From NCBI GenBank assembly GCA_963695975.1, contig CAVOIB010000006.1, positions 20,482 through 84,481 on the forward strand: a stretch of 64,000 bases of DNA, written 5' to 3'. The notes under the pieces were generated by a model. That model was not told where the DNA came from. It was given only the letters and a program-made list of their open reading frames with translations, and did no database searches. Positions 1 to 9,410 of this stretch are shown here, piece after piece; position 1 is the first letter of the stretch; every line of letters begins with the position of its first letter. This stretch comes from an uncultured Actinomycetes bacterium. Lineage in GTDB: Bacteria; Actinomycetota; UBA4738; HRBIN12. A program made the position numbers and the translations under genes.

Positions 1-857
1 AGGCCGCCACACGCGTTCCCGATCTCCAGGCAACGCTGCAAGGACTCGCCGTGCAGGTACGCGGCCACGAACCCCGCGTCGAACGAGTCGCCGGCGCCCG
101 TCGAGTCCACGACACGCAAGGAGCGCGCGGGCACCTCGACGAGCTCGCCCGCCTGGGTTCCGATCGCGCCGTGCGCGGCCGTCTTCACCACGACGGTCCC
201 GGCACCCGCCGATCGGAAGCGCGCCACCGCCTCTGCCAGCGAGGAGATCCGCGCGAGGCTCACGGCCTCTATCTCATTCGGCAGGAAGACGTCGACCTGC
301 GGGAGAAGCGCGAGCAGGCCGTCGTCCCACAGTCCTGACGGATCCCAGTTGGGATCGATCGAGGTCGTCACCTGGCGGGCCCGTGCCTCTTGGAGGAGCT
401 CGGGCAGCTCGGGTGCGAGCGATCGATGCAGGAAGTAGGAGCTCACATGGAGATGGCGCGTCCTGCGCAGCAGATCCGCGTCGATCAACGATCGGCGCAG
501 ATCGCCGATAGTCCCGGGGAACGTCAGCATCGCGCGGTCATCGCGACCCGAAAGGACCACCGTGAGACCGCTGGGCCGGTCGGGCAGCACCGTGACGGCG
601 CTGGTGTCGACGCCCCGCGCCTGCAGCTCCGCGCACATGAACCGGCCGAAGATGTCGTCGCCAACCACGGCCGCCAACGCGACGCGCAGGCCCAGACGCG
701 CCGCGCCGCAGGCGAATATCGCCCCGGAGCCGCCGATCACGAGTTGAGCGCCCTCGACGAGGCGCTCCGCTTGACCGAACGCCGGCTCGACCTCGTCGCC
801 GGACAGGACCAGGTCGGGGTTCGCGTCGCCGAGCACCACGATGTCGAAGCCGGACAT
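1..857 (-). CDS. PfkB family carbohydrate kinase (3' end outside window)
   Basis: Hand translation from ATG at 857: MSGFDIVVLGDANPDL...GGSGAIFACGAARLG...VDSTGAGDSFDAGF (PfkB signatures). Absent from the ORF track because it has no stop in the window. Confidence 0.9.
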   Translation of the reverse strand, partial: MSGFDIVVLGDANPDLVLSGDEVEPAFGQAERLVEGAQLVIGGSGAIFACGAARLGLRVALAAVVGDDIFGRFMCAELQARGVDTSAVTVLPDRPSGLTVVLSGRDDRAMLTFPGTIGDLRRSLIDADLLRRTRHLHVSSYFLHRSLAPELPELLQEARARQVTTSIDPNWDPSGLWDDGLLALLPQVDVFLPNEIEAVSLARISSLAEAVARFRSAGAGTVVVKTAAHGAIGTQAGELVEVPARSLRVVDSTGAGDSFDAGFVAAYLHGESLQRCLEIGNACGG

Positions 858-925
858 GCGCGGCAGCGTACTGCGCGCGACGGGCCGTCGTCGGCCGCAC
901 GACCAGCGCGACCTACCATGAACGC

Positions 926-1444
926 GTGACACGGATCGTGCTCGTGCAGGGCGATATCACGACACAGGATGTCGACGCGGTGGTGAACGCCGCCAATACC
1001 GCGCTGCGGCCGGGGGGTGGCGTGGATGGAGCGATCACGCGCGCGGCGGGACCCGAGGCGCTGGCCGATCGCGAACGCGTGATCGCGGATCGCGGCTCCC
1101 CTCCGCTCCCGACCGGCGAGGCTGTCGCCACGATCGGCGGCGCACTCGCCGCGCGATGGATCATCCACACCGCGGGGCCGGTCTACTCTGGCTCACCGGA
1201 CGATCCGCGGTTGCTGGCCAGCTGCCATGCAGCGGCGCTGCGCGTCGCTGACGAGCTCGGGGTTACGACGCTGGCGTTCCCGGCGATCTCGACCGGGATC
1301 TATGGCTACCCCTTGCACGAGGCGGCACGAGTCGCGATCGCCGCCGTGCGCAGCGCGGCGACGTCGGTCGAGGAGGTTCGCTTCGTGCTCTTCGACGAAC
1401 GCGCGCTCGAAACGTTCCGCCAAGCGGTCGCTTCAGCGGAGTAA
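926..1444 (+). CDS. Macro domain protein (O-acetyl-ADP-ribose deacetylase / YmdB-like)
   Basis: GDIT...DAVVNAAN...GGGVDGAI...FPAISTGIYGYP motifs. Confidence 0.92.
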   Translation: MTRIVLVQGDITTQDVDAVVNAANTALRPGGGVDGAITRAAGPEALADRERVIADRGSPPLPTGEAVATIGGALAARWIIHTAGPVYSGSPDDPRLLASCHAAALRVADELGVTTLAFPAISTGIYGYPLHEAARVAIAAVRSAATSVEEVRFVLFDERALETFRQAVASAE

Positions 1445-1475
1445 CCCGACCTCGCTGCTAGGATTTCGCACCTGC

Positions 1476-1811
1476 ATGTTGGAGATCCTGAGCACGCCAC
1501 GTGGGACGTTCGAGCACCTCGACGAGGTCCAGCTCGTGGACTGCCGTGAGCAGTACGAGTGGGACGCCGGCCGGGTGCAGGGCTCGATCCACCTGCCATT
1601 GAACGCGATCATGGCCGGCGCGGGCACCGATCTCGATCATTCGAAGCCCGTCGTCGTGATCTGTCGAAGCGGCAACCGGAGCGAGCTCGCGACCATGATG
1701 TTCCAGGCGCGTGGGTTCGTGGCCTACAACTTGGACGGGGGCATCGAGGCGTGGGCGCGTGAGGGTCTGCCCTACTCGGCGCCGGACGGCTCCCCCGGCC
1801 GAGTCGCCTGA
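1476..1811 (+). CDS. Rhodanese-like domain protein
   Basis: LVDCREQYEW...VVICRSGNRS...LDGGIEAW; ATG at 1476 inside ORF 1227..1811. Confidence 0.88.
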   Translation: MLEILSTPRGTFEHLDEVQLVDCREQYEWDAGRVQGSIHLPLNAIMAGAGTDLDHSKPVVVICRSGNRSELATMMFQARGFVAYNLDGGIEAWAREGLPYSAPDGSPGRVA

Positions 1812-2251
1812 CGCGCTCGCCATCGGCGGCGTTCGGTCTCATCCCCCACGTAGCTCGTCCCCAGCACCTCGTCAACGTTGAGCTCGAACAGCACGAGCTC
1901 GCGCCCGCTACCGGGGCCCTCGACCACGGCGATCGCCTCGATCCGCGCATCGGGGTCCTCGATCTCGGTCGCGCGGCCGGTCAACGCGAACTCGCCCCCG
2001 ATGCCGTCGTCGTTGTCCATCATCGAGTGGAGCGCGAACCGGGCATCGCGCCGTAGGTCGGCGGCCTTCGGTGAGGTCGGATACATGCGGACGTAGAGGT
2101 GTCCATCCGCGATCCACGGCGTGACGGGGTGCACTCGGGGGCCACCGTCGCTTCGAACCGTGGCGAGGAACGACACTCGTCGGTCGACCCGCTCCCGGCC
2201 GAACGAGGCCAGCTCCGTAGCCTGCGATCCGAACGCTCCCCACGTCACCAT
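1772..2251 (-). CDS. Pyridoxamine 5'-phosphate oxidase-like (split-barrel flavin/F420-binding) protein
   Basis: FLATVRSDGGPRVHPV...SPKAADLRRDARFAL. Confidence 0.8.
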   Translation of the reverse strand: MVTWGAFGSQATELASFGRERVDRRVSFLATVRSDGGPRVHPVTPWIADGHLYVRMYPTSPKAADLRRDARFALHSMMDNDDGIGGEFALTGRATEIEDPDARIEAIAVVEGPGSGRELVLFELNVDEVLGTSYVGDETERRRWRARQATRPGEPSGAE

Positions 2252-2274
2252 CTCGCGCCGCCTACCCTACCGGC

Positions 2275-3738
2275 ATGACCGACGTCGACGTCGCGCGCCG
2301 AGCGCTGGAAGCCGTGGTCGGTCCCGGCCAGGTCCTGTCCGACCCGCTCGCGCTGAAGCTGTACTCGCGCGACGCGTCCATGGTCGAGGGCGGGTGCGCA
2401 CTCGTCGCGCTCCCCAGCTCCGTCGAGGACGTGATCGCGTGCGTGACGATCGCGGCCGAGCGCGAGATGCCGATCGTCCCCCGCGGGAGCGGCACTGGCC
2501 TGGCCGGAGCCGCCACACCGGTCGGCGACTCGCTCGTGATCGCCACGACGAAGATGAATCGCATCCTCGAGGTCCGACCGGCGGACCGGCTGGCATGGGT
2601 CGAGCCCGGCGTCTTGAACCTCGACCTCGCCGACGCGGTGCGGCCGAGCGGGTTCACCTACGCTCCCGATCCGTCGTCGCAACAGACGTCCACGATCGGC
2701 GGCAACGTGAACACGAACGCCGGCGGGCCCCACTGCCTGGCCTACGGCGTCACCTCCGCACACGTGCTGGCGCTGGACGTCGTGCTGCCCGACGGGAACC
2801 TCATCCGTATCGGGAGCGAGGGACCGGAAGCGCCCGGCTACGACCTCCGCGGGGTGGTCGTCGGCTCGGAGGGAACGCTCGGTGTCGTGGTGCGCGCCTG
2901 TGTCCGGTTGGTCCCGCTCCCGTCGGCGATCCGCACGATGCTGTTGGACTTCACCTCGGTGGAGGATTGCGCCGCGACCGTCTCCGACATCATCGCGAGC
3001 GGGGTGGTGCCGGCTGCCGTCGAGATGATGGATCAGGGCATCGTGGTCGCGGCCGAGAACTTCGCCCACGCCGGCTACCCGACGGACGCGGCAGCGATCC
3101 TGATCGTCGAGGTGGATGGTCTCACCTCCGCGGTCGAGGCGCAGTGCCGCGAGGTCGAGGCCGCGGCGAACGCCAACCACGCACGGACGATCCGTGTGGC
3201 TGTCGACGACGCGGAGCGCGCGCTGATCTGGAAGGGGCGGAAGTCTGCGTTCGGGGCCGTCGCGCAGATCGCCCCCCACTACCACCTGCACGACTGCGTG
3301 GTGCCTCGGACCAAACTGGTCGAGGTGCTGTCGGGCGTCTACGCGATCGCCAAGCGCCACGACCTGATCGTGACGAACGTGTTCCACGCCGGAGACGGCA
3401 ACCTCCACCCGTTGCTGTCGTTCGACCGGAACGTGCCTGGAACCCTCGAGCGCGTGCTGCTCGCGAGCGAAGAGATCGTGCGCCTGTGCATCGACGCGGG
3501 CGGCGCGCTCTCGGGCGAGCACGGGATCGGCCTGGAGAAGCGCGACTTCATGCCGCTCGTGTTCACGGCCGAGGATCTCTCGGCACAGGCATGCGTCCGC
3601 GACGCGTTCGATCCAGCGCACCGGATGAACCCGCAGAAGGTCCTCCCGGCCGGTGCCCGATGCGGCGATTTCGCTATGGCGTACGGCCGGGACGCCGCAG
3701 AAGCGGCAGCGAACCTCCCGGGGGGCTCATGGATCTGA
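2275..3738 (+). CDS. glcD: Glycolate/D-lactate oxidase FAD-linked subunit GlcD
   Basis: PRGSGTGLAG, APDPSSQ..STIGGN..NAGGPHCL.YG, HAGDGNLHP, SGEHGIG. Confidence 0.9.
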   Translation: MTDVDVARRALEAVVGPGQVLSDPLALKLYSRDASMVEGGCALVALPSSVEDVIACVTIAAEREMPIVPRGSGTGLAGAATPVGDSLVIATTKMNRILEVRPADRLAWVEPGVLNLDLADAVRPSGFTYAPDPSSQQTSTIGGNVNTNAGGPHCLAYGVTSAHVLALDVVLPDGNLIRIGSEGPEAPGYDLRGVVVGSEGTLGVVVRACVRLVPLPSAIRTMLLDFTSVEDCAATVSDIIASGVVPAAVEMMDQGIVVAAENFAHAGYPTDAAAILIVEVDGLTSAVEAQCREVEAAANANHARTIRVAVDDAERALIWKGRKSAFGAVAQIAPHYHLHDCVVPRTKLVEVLSGVYAIAKRHDLIVTNVFHAGDGNLHPLLSFDRNVPGTLERVLLASEEIVRLCIDAGGALSGEHGIGLEKRDFMPLVFTAEDLSAQACVRDAFDPAHRMNPQKVLPAGARCGDFAMAYGRDAAEAAANLPGGSWI

Positions 3739-4775
3739 TCCATCCGCATGCGAAGCACGATGTCGCGGAGGCCCTCCGCGAGGCGTCTGCCCGCGGGACG
3801 CGGGTGCTCGTCGTCGGGGGCCGGATCCACATGGATCGTGGCGACACGTGTGAGACCGACGCCGAGCTCTGGACCACGATGCTCGACGAGGTCGCCGCGT
3901 ATCAACCGGCGGAGATGATCGCCATCGTCGAGGCCGGGATGCGGGTGGGCGACCTCCAGGCGATGCTGGCTGAGGGCCGACAGGAATGGCCGGTCGACGC
4001 TCCGCACGAGGCGACGGTGGGCGGCGTGATCGCCGCCGGTGTCTCGTCGTTCCGCCGCCTACGGGTCGGCCAGGTCCGGGACACCGTCGTCGAGATCGAG
4101 CTGATCACCGGCGACGGTCGCGCGATCCGGAGCGGCGCCCGGACCGTGAAGAACGTGACGGGATACGACATCCACCGGTTGGCCACGGGCTCGCTCGGCA
4201 CGCTCGGGGTGATCGTGCAGGCGGCGCTGAAGCTCCGCCCGCTTCCCCAGGCACGCCGGCGTATCACCGCCGACGGCGACGGCCTCGAACTTGCCGGGCG
4301 ATTCCTCGCTGCGGTGACCGGCGCGGCCGCCGTCCTCGCGGAGCCCGGGCGGGCGACGATCTGGCTGGAGGGCTGGGCCGGAGAGGTGGAGGAGCAGGTA
4401 GCGCTCGCTCGCGCAGTCACCACTGCGATCCACCTCGACGACGAACCCACGCCGTTCGACCCGCTGTCGATCGACACGCCGGTCGTCGCGGAGGCTTCGG
4501 TGCCGCCCTCCAGGATCGCCGACATCGTCGCCGGGCAGGACGGATGGACCGCCCTCCTCGGGGTGGGGCTCGTCTGGTTCGGGCTGCCCGAAGGCGAGGA
4601 GCCGCTGGAAGCGCTCCGGCGCGAGATCGCGGCGGGGGGCGGCATCGCACCCGTGATCAAGGGTGCGGGCGGGCTCGACGATGCCCCGTTCCCCGCGCCG
4701 GATGTTCAGCGAAGGCTGAAGGCATCGTTCGACCCCGCGGGGATCCTGGCGCCGGGTCGGCTGCCGCTAGTTTGA
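3729..4775 (+). CDS. glcE: Glycolate oxidase FAD-binding subunit GlcE
   Basis: ATVGGVIAAG, VKNVTGYDIHRLATGSLGTLG, LKASFDPAGILAPGR; start overlaps glcD end. Confidence 0.85.
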   Translation: MDLIHPHAKHDVAEALREASARGTRVLVVGGRIHMDRGDTCETDAELWTTMLDEVAAYQPAEMIAIVEAGMRVGDLQAMLAEGRQEWPVDAPHEATVGGVIAAGVSSFRRLRVGQVRDTVVEIELITGDGRAIRSGARTVKNVTGYDIHRLATGSLGTLGVIVQAALKLRPLPQARRRITADGDGLELAGRFLAAVTGAAAVLAEPGRATIWLEGWAGEVEEQVALARAVTTAIHLDDEPTPFDPLSIDTPVVAEASVPPSRIADIVAGQDGWTALLGVGLVWFGLPEGEEPLEALRREIAAGGGIAPVIKGAGGLDDAPFPAPDVQRRLKASFDPAGILAPGRLPLV

Positions 4776-4776
4776 A

Positions 4777-5940
4777 TCAGACTAGCTTTCGCAGCCGTTC
4801 GCCCGCGGCCTCGAGCGTGGCGAGCTGCTTGCAGAACGTGAACCGGAGCAGGTGCGCGCCCAGCTTCGGATCCGAGAAGAACGATGATCCCGGCACGGTG
4901 CCCACGCCTATCCGCTCCACCAGGTCGTGTGCCGCTGCGACGTCGTCGGCGTAGCTGAGATGCGAGATGTCGGCCATCACGTAGTAGGCGCCGCGGGGAG
5001 GGGATGCCTCGAAACCGGCGTCGGCCAGGATCCCCATGAGCGTCGCCCGTCGTTCGACGTACTCGGCAACCACCTCCGCGTAGTAGCTGTCCGGGAGGTT
5101 GAGCGCCGTGATGCCGGCGACCTGGAGCGGCGCGGGAGCGGCCACCGTCAGGAAGTCGTGCACCGTCCGGATCGCGTCCGTGAGCGTCGGAGTCGCGACC
5201 GCCCATCCCACGCGCCAACCGGTGACCGAGTAGGTCTTGGAGAGCGCGCTGATCGTCACGGTCCGGTCCTCCATGCCGGGGATGGTCGCGATCGGGACGT
5301 GGACCGCGCCGTCGTACGTCAGGTGTTCGTAGATCTCGTCGGTGATCGCGATCGCGTCGTATCGACCGCAGAGCTCGGCGATCAGCGAGAGCTCCTCCCG
5401 CGAGAACACCTTCCCCGTGGGGTTGTTCGGCGTGTTCACCACGATCGCGCGCGTTCGATCCGAGAACGCAGCCCGAAGCTCCGCCCCGTCGAACGTCCAA
5501 TCGGGCGGATGCAGCGTGACGAGCCGAGGCAGCGCTCCGGCGATGATCGAGTCGGGTCCGTAGTTCTCGTAGAAGGGCTCGAAGAGGACGACCTCGTCGC
5601 CGGCGTCGAGCAGCCCGAGCATCGTCGCGACCATCGCCTCCGTCGAGCCGCACGTGACGCAGATCTCGGTCTGGGGGTCAACGTGCATCCCATACGTGCG
5701 GTCGTACTTCGCCGCGATCGCCTCGCTGAACGCCGGCACGCCCCAGGTGACCGGGTACTGGTTGTGATCGTCCGCGATCGCCTGTCGCGCCGCCTCCTTC
5801 ACCACGTGGGGCGCGGGGAAGTCGGGGAACCCCTGCCCCAGATTGATCGCTCCGTGGAGGTCGGCGATGCGCGACATCTCCCGTATCACCGACTCGGTGA
5901 ACGAGGCGGCCTTGATCGAGATGCGGCGCGGCTCCGGCAT
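4777..5940 (-). CDS. PLP-dependent class I/II aminotransferase (YbdL/kynurenine aminotransferase-like)
   Basis: INLGQGFPDF, NTPNNPTG, DEIYEHL, SKTYSVTGWRVGW. Confidence 0.9.
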   Translation of the reverse strand: MPEPRRISIKAASFTESVIREMSRIADLHGAINLGQGFPDFPAPHVVKEAARQAIADDHNQYPVTWGVPAFSEAIAAKYDRTYGMHVDPQTEICVTCGSTEAMVATMLGLLDAGDEVVLFEPFYENYGPDSIIAGALPRLVTLHPPDWTFDGAELRAAFSDRTRAIVVNTPNNPTGKVFSREELSLIAELCGRYDAIAITDEIYEHLTYDGAVHVPIATIPGMEDRTVTISALSKTYSVTGWRVGWAVATPTLTDAIRTVHDFLTVAAPAPLQVAGITALNLPDSYYAEVVAEYVERRATLMGILADAGFEASPPRGAYYVMADISHLSYADDVAAAHDLVERIGVGTVPGSSFFSDPKLGAHLLRFTFCKQLATLEAAGERLRKLV

Positions 5941-5991
5941 GTCGTCGAAGCCTAGCCGCACGGGCCGGAGCGAGACGACCTCAGAAGGACC

Positions 5992-6375
5992 CTAGGCTCC
6001 GAGCAGCCCCTTGAGGAGGAGGTTGGCCGAGGCCGGGTTCGTCGCGAGCGGGATGTCGTGCACATCGCAGACCTTGAGGACAGCCTGGATGTCGGGCTCG
6101 TGGGGGTGAGCCGTGAGTGGGTCTCGGAAGAAGATCACCGCGTCGATGAACCCGTCGACGATCCGGGCACCGATCTGCAGGTCCCCGCCCTGCGGACCGC
6201 TCGCGACCGTGTCCACGTGGATCCCGACCGCCTCCCGCAGCAGGGTCCCGGTCGTTAGCGTGGCGACCAGGTGGCACCGGTTCAGCTGGTCCAGGTGCTT
6301 GCGGACGAACGCGATCAGGTCGTCCTTCTTCTCGTCGTGCGCGATCAGCGCGATCTCGTGGCGGCCGTCCAGCAT
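5992..6375 (-). CDS. mgsA: Methylglyoxal synthase
   Basis: IALIAHDEKK, AT.TTG, SGPQGGDLQIGA, FFRDPLTAHPHEPDI, IPLATN. Confidence 0.95.
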   Translation of the reverse strand: MLDGRHEIALIAHDEKKDDLIAFVRKHLDQLNRCHLVATLTTGTLLREAVGIHVDTVASGPQGGDLQIGARIVDGFIDAVIFFRDPLTAHPHEPDIQAVLKVCDVHDIPLATNPASANLLLKGLLGA

Positions 6376-6464
6376 GCATCCAGGCTACCGGCATCACGCG
6401 GCCGGCCCGTTACGCGCGGGTAACGGTTCGGGGAGTCCGACCCGGAGCGTGCGACGATAGACGC

Positions 6465-7751
6465 GTGTCCACCGACGAAGAGGTAGTGGCCGGTGCCGCG
6501 CTCGGCTCCGAGCTGCCGGACGGATTCCGGTTCATCGGGCCCGAGCCCGGCGCGCTGCCCGGCTGGGTCGGGGCCGACGCGCCGACCGACGCCGATCTTT
6601 CCTCCTGCGTTGCATGCGGCCTCTGCCTCCCGCACTGCCCGACCTACCGATTGACCGGCGAGGAATCCGCCTCGCCGCGCGGACGGATCGCAGCGATGCG
6701 CGCCGTGTCCGAGGGTGTGGCTGCCGTCGACGACACGTTCGCGTCGTTCATGGATCTCTGCTTGGTGTGTCGTGCCTGCGAAGACGTCTGCCCCTCGCAC
6801 GTGCCGTTCGGCCGGATGATGGAGCGGGCACGCGTCCAGGCGGAGCCGCTCCGCTCACGGCCGGCGAGGTTCCTTCGGTGGGTCGGCCTCGACGTCGTGC
6901 TGCCGCACCCGTTCGTCCTGCGGGTGGCGTCAGCGCTCCAGCCGATCGTGCGACCGTTCCTGCCGCGTCGCATGCGGGCCGTCGCTCCGCACCGGACGTC
7001 GCCGTTCGCTCGCCTCCCACGCGTCACCGAGCCGTCGGCTGACATCGAGCCCCGCGGGACGGTCGCGATTCTCGCCGGCTGCGTCCAGGACCGCTGGTTC
7101 CACGACGTGAACCGGGCCACGATCCGCGTCCTGGCCCGTAACGGCTGGCGGGTCGTCGTCCCTAGCGCCCAGCGCTGCTGCGGCGCGCTCGGCGCGCACA
7201 ACGGCCGGCTGACCGTGGCCCGGCGGCTGGCTCGCCGCAACGCCCAAGCGTTCGCCGGCATCGACCATGTGATCGTCAACTCGGCGGGCTGCGGGGCACA
7301 CATGAAGGCGTACGGCGAGCTTGAAGAGGGCACGGACCTGCCGGTCGTCGACCTGATGGAGTTCCTCGCCGACGGCGGACTGGTCGACCTGTCGATGCAA
7401 GCATCTGGCGAGGAACGGATCGCCTACCACGACGCGTGCCACGCGCTCCGTACCCAAGGGATCCGGACGCAACCGCGCGCGATCCTCTCGGCGATCCCCG
7501 GCGTCGAGGTTGTGGACATCGCGAACGGCGATCGCTGCTGCGGCGCCGCCGGTCTGTACAACGTGCTCGAACCAGCGATGGCGGGTGTGCTGATGCGCGA
7601 GAAGGCCGAGGCGATCCGCGATACCGGCGCGCGCGTGATCGCGAGCGCGAACCCAGGCTGTACGATGCAGATCGCCGCTGGCTTGCGGGAGCTCGGGGTT
7701 GACGCGGAGGTCGTTCACCCGGTCCAGCTGCTCGACCGTGCCTATCGATGA
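6465..7751 (+). CDS. glcF: Glycolate oxidase Fe-S subunit GlcF (CCG-domain oxidoreductase)
   Basis: CVACGLCLPHCPTY, SPRGRI, CLVCRACEDVCPS, two CCG motifs, SANPGC. Confidence 0.88.
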   Translation: MSTDEEVVAGAALGSELPDGFRFIGPEPGALPGWVGADAPTDADLSSCVACGLCLPHCPTYRLTGEESASPRGRIAAMRAVSEGVAAVDDTFASFMDLCLVCRACEDVCPSHVPFGRMMERARVQAEPLRSRPARFLRWVGLDVVLPHPFVLRVASALQPIVRPFLPRRMRAVAPHRTSPFARLPRVTEPSADIEPRGTVAILAGCVQDRWFHDVNRATIRVLARNGWRVVVPSAQRCCGALGAHNGRLTVARRLARRNAQAFAGIDHVIVNSAGCGAHMKAYGELEEGTDLPVVDLMEFLADGGLVDLSMQASGEERIAYHDACHALRTQGIRTQPRAILSAIPGVEVVDIANGDRCCGAAGLYNVLEPAMAGVLMREKAEAIRDTGARVIASANPGCTMQIAAGLRELGVDAEVVHPVQLLDRAYR

Positions 7752-7781
7752 TCCGCGCGATGGGCTGGTAGCGTCGAACCC

Positions 7782-8345
7782 GTGCGATATGTAGGGGTGG
7801 GCCGGCGGTTCGTGGCGATCTTCATCGACGGCCTGATCCTGTTGGTGATGGCCGGGCCGTTCGCCGAGATCACCCACGGCGACGGGTTCTACCGGATCGG
7901 CTGGCACGGCCGACACTTGTTCTGGCCCGGCGTGATCGGTCTCGTCTACTTCATCCTGTTGGAGGGCACCGCGGGAGCGACCATCGGGAAGTTCGCCGTG
8001 AGCATCCGCGTGGTCAACGAGGACGGATCGAAGCTGACCTGGACCGCGGCCGTCGTGCGGAACCTGGTGCGGTTCATCGACCTGATCCCCTACGTGCCCG
8101 CATACCTTGTGGCGGCGATCTCGGTCTGGAGTTCGCCGACCAAACAGCGATTGGGAGACCGCTGGGGTCACACCGTGGTCGTCACGAAGGAGTCCCTGCT
8201 CGCTCGTGGCTCGCTGACATACCCTCCCGCGGCCGTTGGGTCGTGGGGCTCGGCTCCTCCCCCACCCGGTCCCCCGCCAACAGTCGAGCCGTCGGGTGCG
8301 CCTTCCTTGCCGCCTCCGCCGCCGATGCCCCCGCCGGAGAGCTAA
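7782..8345 (+). CDS. RDD family membrane protein with Pro-rich C-terminal tail
   Basis: RRFVAIFID, GATIGK, QRLGDRWGHTVVV. Confidence 0.85.
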   Translation: MRYVGVGRRFVAIFIDGLILLVMAGPFAEITHGDGFYRIGWHGRHLFWPGVIGLVYFILLEGTAGATIGKFAVSIRVVNEDGSKLTWTAAVVRNLVRFIDLIPYVPAYLVAAISVWSSPTKQRLGDRWGHTVVVTKESLLARGSLTYPPAAVGSWGSAPPPPGPPPTVEPSGAPSLPPPPPMPPPES

Positions 8346-8368
8346 CCGCTCGTCACGACTGGGGGAAC

Positions 8369-8860
8369 GTGGGAAGTCCTCGGCGATACCCTCCACCCCA
8401 GATCCGTTCACTCGACCCCGTGAGTGACAGCGCCGCCTGCGATGCGATCGTCGCGTCGCTGCCCGACTGGTTCGGTCTGGAAGAGGGTATCCGCGAGTGT
8501 GCGGCGGCCGTGCGCACCCAACCTGGCCTAGTTGCGGAGGTCAACGGCCAGGTGGCCGGCTTCCTCACCCTCACCCGTCCCTATGCTCCAACACCGGAGA
8601 TCTCCTGGCTGGCGGTCCATGCGCGCGATCGCCGACGGGGCATCGGCAGGGCGCTGATGGTCGCCGTGAGCGACCAGCTTCGAACCCACGGCGACCGACT
8701 CGTGGTGGTGAAGACCCTTTCGGACCGAAGCGACCCGGGGCCCGAATACGCTCAGACTCGCGCCTTCTACCTCGCGATGGGTTTCGTGCCGGTGGCCGAG
8801 CTCGAACTCGACCCCCCCGACCCGAGGAACCCCATCCAGCTGCTCGCGCTGTCCCTCTAG
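8369..8860 (+). CDS. GNAT family N-acetyltransferase
   Basis: LPDWFG, LAVHARDRRRGIGRALM, TRAFYLAMGF; start (GTG 8369) uncertain. Confidence 0.8.
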   Translation: MGSPRRYPPPQIRSLDPVSDSAACDAIVASLPDWFGLEEGIRECAAAVRTQPGLVAEVNGQVAGFLTLTRPYAPTPEISWLAVHARDRRRGIGRALMVAVSDQLRTHGDRLVVVKTLSDRSDPGPEYAQTRAFYLAMGFVPVAELELDPPDPRNPIQLLALSL

Positions 8861-8876
8861 GCCTCTGGGCTACCGC

Positions 8877-9377
8877 CTACCACTGGCTCTCGGTCGCTAC
8901 GAGCGCCTCGCGTCCCGTGCACGCGCCGTCGGCGACCAGGTACAACGTGTCTTGCGCCGCCACCTGCTTCAGGTAAAAGCACGTTCCCTGCTGCGAGGGT
9001 GACGCCGCCGCCCACGTGTCGCCTGAGGAGTAGACGCTCACCGTCCCCGGCGCGGAGGCGGACTCGTCGGCACCCACGTACGTCCGCCCGATGTCGATCG
9101 CACCGAGGGTCTCGGCGTCGGCCGCCGAGAACGTTCCGCCATCGGCGAAGACCCGATCGGCGTTCCGCAGAGCGACCTTCAGATCGTGCTCGGTCCGCGA
9201 GATCGCGTTCACCATGGGCCGGTTCGCGAAGATCTCGACCATCAGCACGATGCCGCCGAGGACGATCGTGATCGCGACCATCCAGAATCCGCGGTTCGAG
9301 CGACGCATCGGCTCATGGAACGCCGGGTCGTCCAACTCCTGCTCGTACGCCTCGAGGATGTCGTCGTCGTCCGGCAT
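8877..9377 (-). CDS. Single-TM protein with pilin-like globular domain (paralog of 35273..35779)
   Basis: N-terminal TM helix after RRSNRGF, amphipathic helix, C-terminal WAAAS...GTCFYLK...ACTG..A...W with a Cys pair. Confidence 0.6.
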   Translation of the reverse strand: MPDDDDILEAYEQELDDPAFHEPMRRSNRGFWMVAITIVLGGIVLMVEIFANRPMVNAISRTEHDLKVALRNADRVFADGGTFSAADAETLGAIDIGRTYVGADESASAPGTVSVYSSGDTWAAASPSQQGTCFYLKQVAAQDTLYLVADGACTGREALVATESQW

Positions 9378-9410
9378 CGAGCAAGCCTACCCGGGCGCCG
9401 TAGAACGGTC

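Noticed and set aside
2121-4775. 884-aa ORF as one giant protein
   Set aside because: The first ~536 aa are an Arg-rich off-frame shadow of glcD; the real glcE starts at 3729. The same applies to the long N-terminal extensions of ORFs 38149, 19025..20683, 35414, 36813 and 21629.
8255-8340. C-rich low-complexity tract as a DNA repeat element
   Set aside because: Explained by the poly-proline tail of the RDD protein.
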